From Spirochaetia bacterium (lineage in GTDB: Bacteria > Spirochaetota > Spirochaetia > SZUA-6 > Bin103), in NCBI GenBank assembly GCA_965199955.1, contig CBDATQ010000002.1, positions 1,376,001 to 1,440,000 of the forward strand: a DNA stretch of 64,000 bases, given 5' to 3'. The translations under genes were made by a program, and so were the position numbers. Under the pieces are notes generated by a model. The model was not told the origin of the DNA. It did no database searches and saw only the letters and a list, made by a program, of their open reading frames with translations. Positions within the stretch are counted from its first letter, which is position 1. Every line of letters begins with the position of its first letter. Positions 60,905 to 64,000 of this stretch are shown piece after piece.

Positions 60905-61146
60905 CCGCCGTGACCCTGATACGCGAGCGACCGGATGGTCTCCCAGTTGCCGGCGCTCACGCCCGGCTGCAAGCCGTTTCCAGCCACCGTGTGACGCCGG
61001 TACGAGACATGGGTTGGGCTGCGGGCATCGTACACGACCGCGTGGAGACCCGTCGCGACCAACTCCTTGAGCGTCGTGCCGCGTGCGGCCGCCACGTCTT
61101 TCGCCTCCTTCAGGAGAGCGTCGGGAATCTCTATGGTCGTCTTCAT
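60901..61146 (-). CDS. vapB: VapB-type (RHH) antitoxin
   Basis: MKTTIEIPDALLKEAK...GTTLKELV..GL; ATGA overlap with vapC. Confidence 0.88.
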   Translation of the reverse strand: MKTTIEIPDALLKEAKDVAAARGTTLKELVATGLHAVVYDARSPTHVSYRRHTVAGNGLQPGVSAGNWETIRSLAYQGHGG

Positions 61147-61160
61147 ATGGGTGACCATAT
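61145..61160. promoter_or_regulatory. Palindromic operator overlapping the -10 box and start codon
   Basis: ATATGG-N4-CCATAT; on the minus strand TATGGT-7-ATG. Confidence 0.6.
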
Positions 61161-61229
61161 TACATCGCCCGTGCGTATGCCAACGTTGGGAGTCCACTCG
61201 CGCGCCGTCAGACCGAAGCAAGCTGCCAG

Positions 61230-61990
61230 ACGTCGATTCGATCCGCCGTGATGCGGCCGGCGGTGAGACCGAGGTTACGATCTCCAGCGCCGTTCCGCCG
61301 ACGCCGTCCAGGAGTCGCGCGCCAGCCACCTCGATCCCCTCAAGCCGCACATGCCCTAGGCGGAGCGCGCGCAGCTCAGGGGCGGGAGCGAGCGTCAGGT
61401 GGCCGTCGGCGCGGACCGACACGACCCGCGGCAGCGACATCGCCTGCACCCAGCCGGCCGCCAGTCCCGCCTCGCGCGGGCGGCCCTCGCGGATCATCCC
61501 CAGCAGCAGCAGCCGGCCGCGCTCGTCCGCGAACGTCCGGAGCGCGTGCAGATAGCCGCCGTCGAGCAGCCCCTCGGCCGCCGGCCGGAACCGGTCGCCG
61601 TCAAGCGATCCGGTGAACCAGCGGTTGTAGTACCCCGGGATGAACCGTCCGGCCTCCTTCTTGTAGCCGTGCAGCAGCACGACGTGCCGGCCGTCGGCGG
61701 GGAAGTAGTCGGGGAGGGGTGTGTGCAGACCGCCCTCGTTCTCGAAGCACGCGCACCAACCGCCAATCGCGCAGATCGGCGGAGCGGTAGAGCAACAACC
61801 GATTGGCCGGCGGGGAACTCGCGGCGTCGTCGGCGTCGAGCAGCAGATACCACCACGCTCCCTCCCGCGGATGCGTCCCCGCCGTGTTCTTGCGCAGGCG
61901 CGTGTAGGTGATGACGAAGGTCAGCGGATCGCCGATGTACCCGGACTCCGGCTGGTAGTGGAAGGCGGTTCGGTAGTCGGCGTCGGCCAC
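61230..61990 (-). pseudogene. GH32-family remnant with several deletions/frameshifts
   Basis: FHYQPESGYIGDP, LLYRSADLRDW, LDGG..HA..TFADERGR.LL.G, AMSLPR, APELRALR. Confidence 0.75.
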
Positions 61991-62058
61991 GCGCGCGCAT
62001 CGTGCCGCGGTTGTCGCCGGCATACCAGACCGATACAGTGCGCGGCGGAGGCAACGGC

Positions 62059-63291
62059 ATGAGGCACGACCCCGAGCACACTTGGGGCCACACGATCGCG
62101 TTCTGCGACCAGTACTTCCAGCGCGCCTGCGCGCTGCTGCGGACTACCCTCGACGAGGTGCCGACCTGGACGGCGGTCGCCGACCGGGCGGTGCGGACGA
62201 TCCGCGCCGGCAGCACCGTGCACGCCAACATCACCACCGGGCACATGCCGACCACGGAGCTGTCGAACGACCGAGAGGGCAATCCCGCGCCGTTCGCGTT
62301 CCAGGGTCCCGACCACCACACGCCCGAGCAGTACGCCGCGATGCGCGCCGGCGACCTGCTGCTGACCAACTGCGTGACCCCCGCGGTGCAGGAGGTGCGC
62401 GACCGCGGCGTGCACGTCATCGTCTTCACCACCGCTTACGTGAACTCCGGCGCGGCACCGGGCTGGCTGGCCGACAACCCCGGCGGGCTGATGCCGGCGG
62501 ACGTGGCGGACCAGGTGATCGACACCCACATCCCGTGGGAGCAGGGCCTGGTCGACGTGCCGCAGGTGCCGGAGATGAAGGTCTTTCCCGGCTCCTCCAA
62601 CGTGAGCTGCGCCATCCACTGGTGCCTGACCGCGGAGGTGATGCAGGCGCTCGGTACGGGCGGCTCGCCCGACGGATCGAAGGGGCGCGCCTACCTGACC
62701 GTTCTGCTCGAACGGCTGAGCGAAGTGAACCACCACCACCGGCAGGCGATCGGTGAGGAGGCGGCGGAGCTGGCCCGGCGGGTGATCTCGGGCGGCCACG
62801 TCGACGTCAACGGCAGCAACGAGGGCGTGCGCGCGGATGCGAATACGGTTGCCCAGGGCCTGATGCTGACCTGCGCTCATCAACCGCGGCCGGCGGCCGA
62901 AGGCGGCGACTCCGACACCCTGATCATCACCGCCGTGAGCGCCGACCATCCGCAGGAGATCGCCTGGGCGGAGGAGGCTCGGGCGAACGGCACCCGCGTG
63001 GTGACCATTGGCATGGAAACCTCGCCACGCATGCGGCAACTGAGCGACCTCTACCTGGGCAACGCCTGCGACGAGGCGGGCGGCGTGGTCGAGGTGGCCG
63101 GCTGCAAGGAGCCGATCTGCCCGGCTACGGGCATCATCGACAACGTGCTTACGCAGATGCTGCTGTCACAGATGACCGACGAGATGTGCCGTCGCGGCGC
63201 GGTTCCCTACTTCTACATGGGCCTCTACCGCCTGGGAGGACGCGAGTACATCATGGTGATGAAGCCCCATTTCGAGGCGCGCGGCTACTGA
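62059..63291 (+). CDS. Tandem SIS-like domain protein
   Basis: GGAGG SD; two similar halves (ADQVIDTHIP..GLV.VP...PGSS and SDLYLGNAC...GVVEV....CPATG). Confidence 0.65.
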   Translation: MRHDPEHTWGHTIAFCDQYFQRACALLRTTLDEVPTWTAVADRAVRTIRAGSTVHANITTGHMPTTELSNDREGNPAPFAFQGPDHHTPEQYAAMRAGDLLLTNCVTPAVQEVRDRGVHVIVFTTAYVNSGAAPGWLADNPGGLMPADVADQVIDTHIPWEQGLVDVPQVPEMKVFPGSSNVSCAIHWCLTAEVMQALGTGGSPDGSKGRAYLTVLLERLSEVNHHHRQAIGEEAAELARRVISGGHVDVNGSNEGVRADANTVAQGLMLTCAHQPRPAAEGGDSDTLIITAVSADHPQEIAWAEEARANGTRVVTIGMETSPRMRQLSDLYLGNACDEAGGVVEVAGCKEPICPATGIIDNVLTQMLLSQMTDEMCRRGAVPYFYMGLYRLGGREYIMVMKPHFEARGY

Positions 63292-63324
63292 CCTCCGGAC
63301 CGGGCGCCGGCCGCGCCAGGTAAG

Positions 63325-63390
63325 GTGGCCCGCGAGACCGGACACCGGCTGCCGATCGGCATGCAGACCGTCCGCGAGTTGCGTGCCCAT
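63325..63390 (+). pseudogene. N-terminal stub of an AAA-ATPase/PD-(D/E)XK family gene
   Basis: RLPIGMQTVRELR resembles the conserved LPIGIQTF..IR start. Confidence 0.5.
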
Positions 63391-63392
63391 GG

Positions 63393-63430
63393 AAAAAAGG
63401 AGCCGGCTGGCCCCCCATGCCAGCCGGCTC
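63393..63430 (-). terminator. Rho-independent terminator
   Basis: 12-bp stem GAGCCGGCTGGC/GCCAGCCGGCTC followed on the minus strand by CTTTTTT, just after the SBP stop. Confidence 0.8.
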
Positions 63431-63455
63431 GTGATCAGTCGTCAGGCGGAAAGCG

Positions 63456-64000
63456 TTACGGTGAGGGGCACTCCGATACGAGGTGGCCCCACATGCGGGT
63501 CGCCGCTGCCTCGATCTCCGGGCCGGGGCCTGCGTTCCAGCGGTCGAGCCAGTCCTGATAGGCGGACACCGGCTTCTGGCCGATGATGATCTGACCGAAC
63601 AGCGCCACCGACTCGTTCAGGAAGTCCTGATTGGCGGCGCGCAGGTCGTTGCCGTCCTCGTCGAGTGCGCTGACGAAGGACTGCGTCAGCATGCACACGT
63701 TGTTCGCTCCCAGGGGCGAGTCCGGGTCGAAGCGGACCTGCTGCACCCAGTCGTTCTGAATGGAATTGCTCCACTCCGGATCGCCCATGAAGTCGCGGAT
63801 CGCGGTGTAGCCCAGCGGCGTATTGCGCCCCACGACGCCGAAGCCCAGCCCCTGCCGGGACTCGGACTCCGAGAACGCCTCGGTCCACATCGGCTTGTTG
63901 TCCTCACCGAGCGTCCAGTGGGAGCCCTCGATCCCGTTGTTGATCAGGAAGTGGGCATCGCGCTGGTTCAGCGCGTCGACGGCCTGCATGATCGCATGCA
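63456..64000 (-). CDS. Carbohydrate ABC substrate-binding protein, C-terminal part
   Basis: NGIEGSHW...QIIIGQKPVSAYQDWLDRWNAG. Confidence 0.75.
   Translation of the reverse strand, partial: HAIMQAVDALNQRDAHFLINNGIEGSHWTLGEDNKPMWTEAFSESESRQGLGFGVVGRNTPLGYTAIRDFMGDPEWSNSIQNDWVQQVRFDPDSPLGANNVCMLTQSFVSALDEDGNDLRAANQDFLNESVALFGQIIIGQKPVSAYQDWLDRWNAGPGPEIEAAATRMWGHLVSECPSP

Overview
High-GC bacterial window. The solute-binding-protein N-termini, Rpn-type nuclease and autotransporter remnant suggest a host-associated, possibly sponge-symbiont Spirochaetaceae-like genome; this is inference only. The intact backbone is catabolic: four full-length Cys-type sulfatases, several PhyH-type Fe/2OG dioxygenases, BNR/sialidase-like propellers, two FAD oxidoreductases, a P450, an enolase-superfamily enzyme, an amidase, an Ntn acylase, an M29 aminopeptidase, one sugar ABC operon and one peptide ABC operon. 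Interspersed are three apparently intact toxin-antitoxin pairs plus decayed ones and an intact DUF4011-helicase-nuclease (Hhe-like) defence gene. A lower-GC island (~33.6-39.0 kb) holds an uncharacterised HxH-protein/DUF1828-like gene pair split by an IS256 (8-bp TSD), and a defective IS66 (8-bp TSD) beside a type III restriction remnant. An ~815-bp gene is exactly duplicated around a GNAT gene. Two window-wide patterns stand out: more than a dozen 'hollowed-out' pseudogenes that keep their start and end but have lost the middle, and repeated (T/C)ANNNT-N6-8-start leaderless-type promoters. No rRNA, tRNA or CRISPR array was seen. Family assignments come from motif recognition, not database searches.
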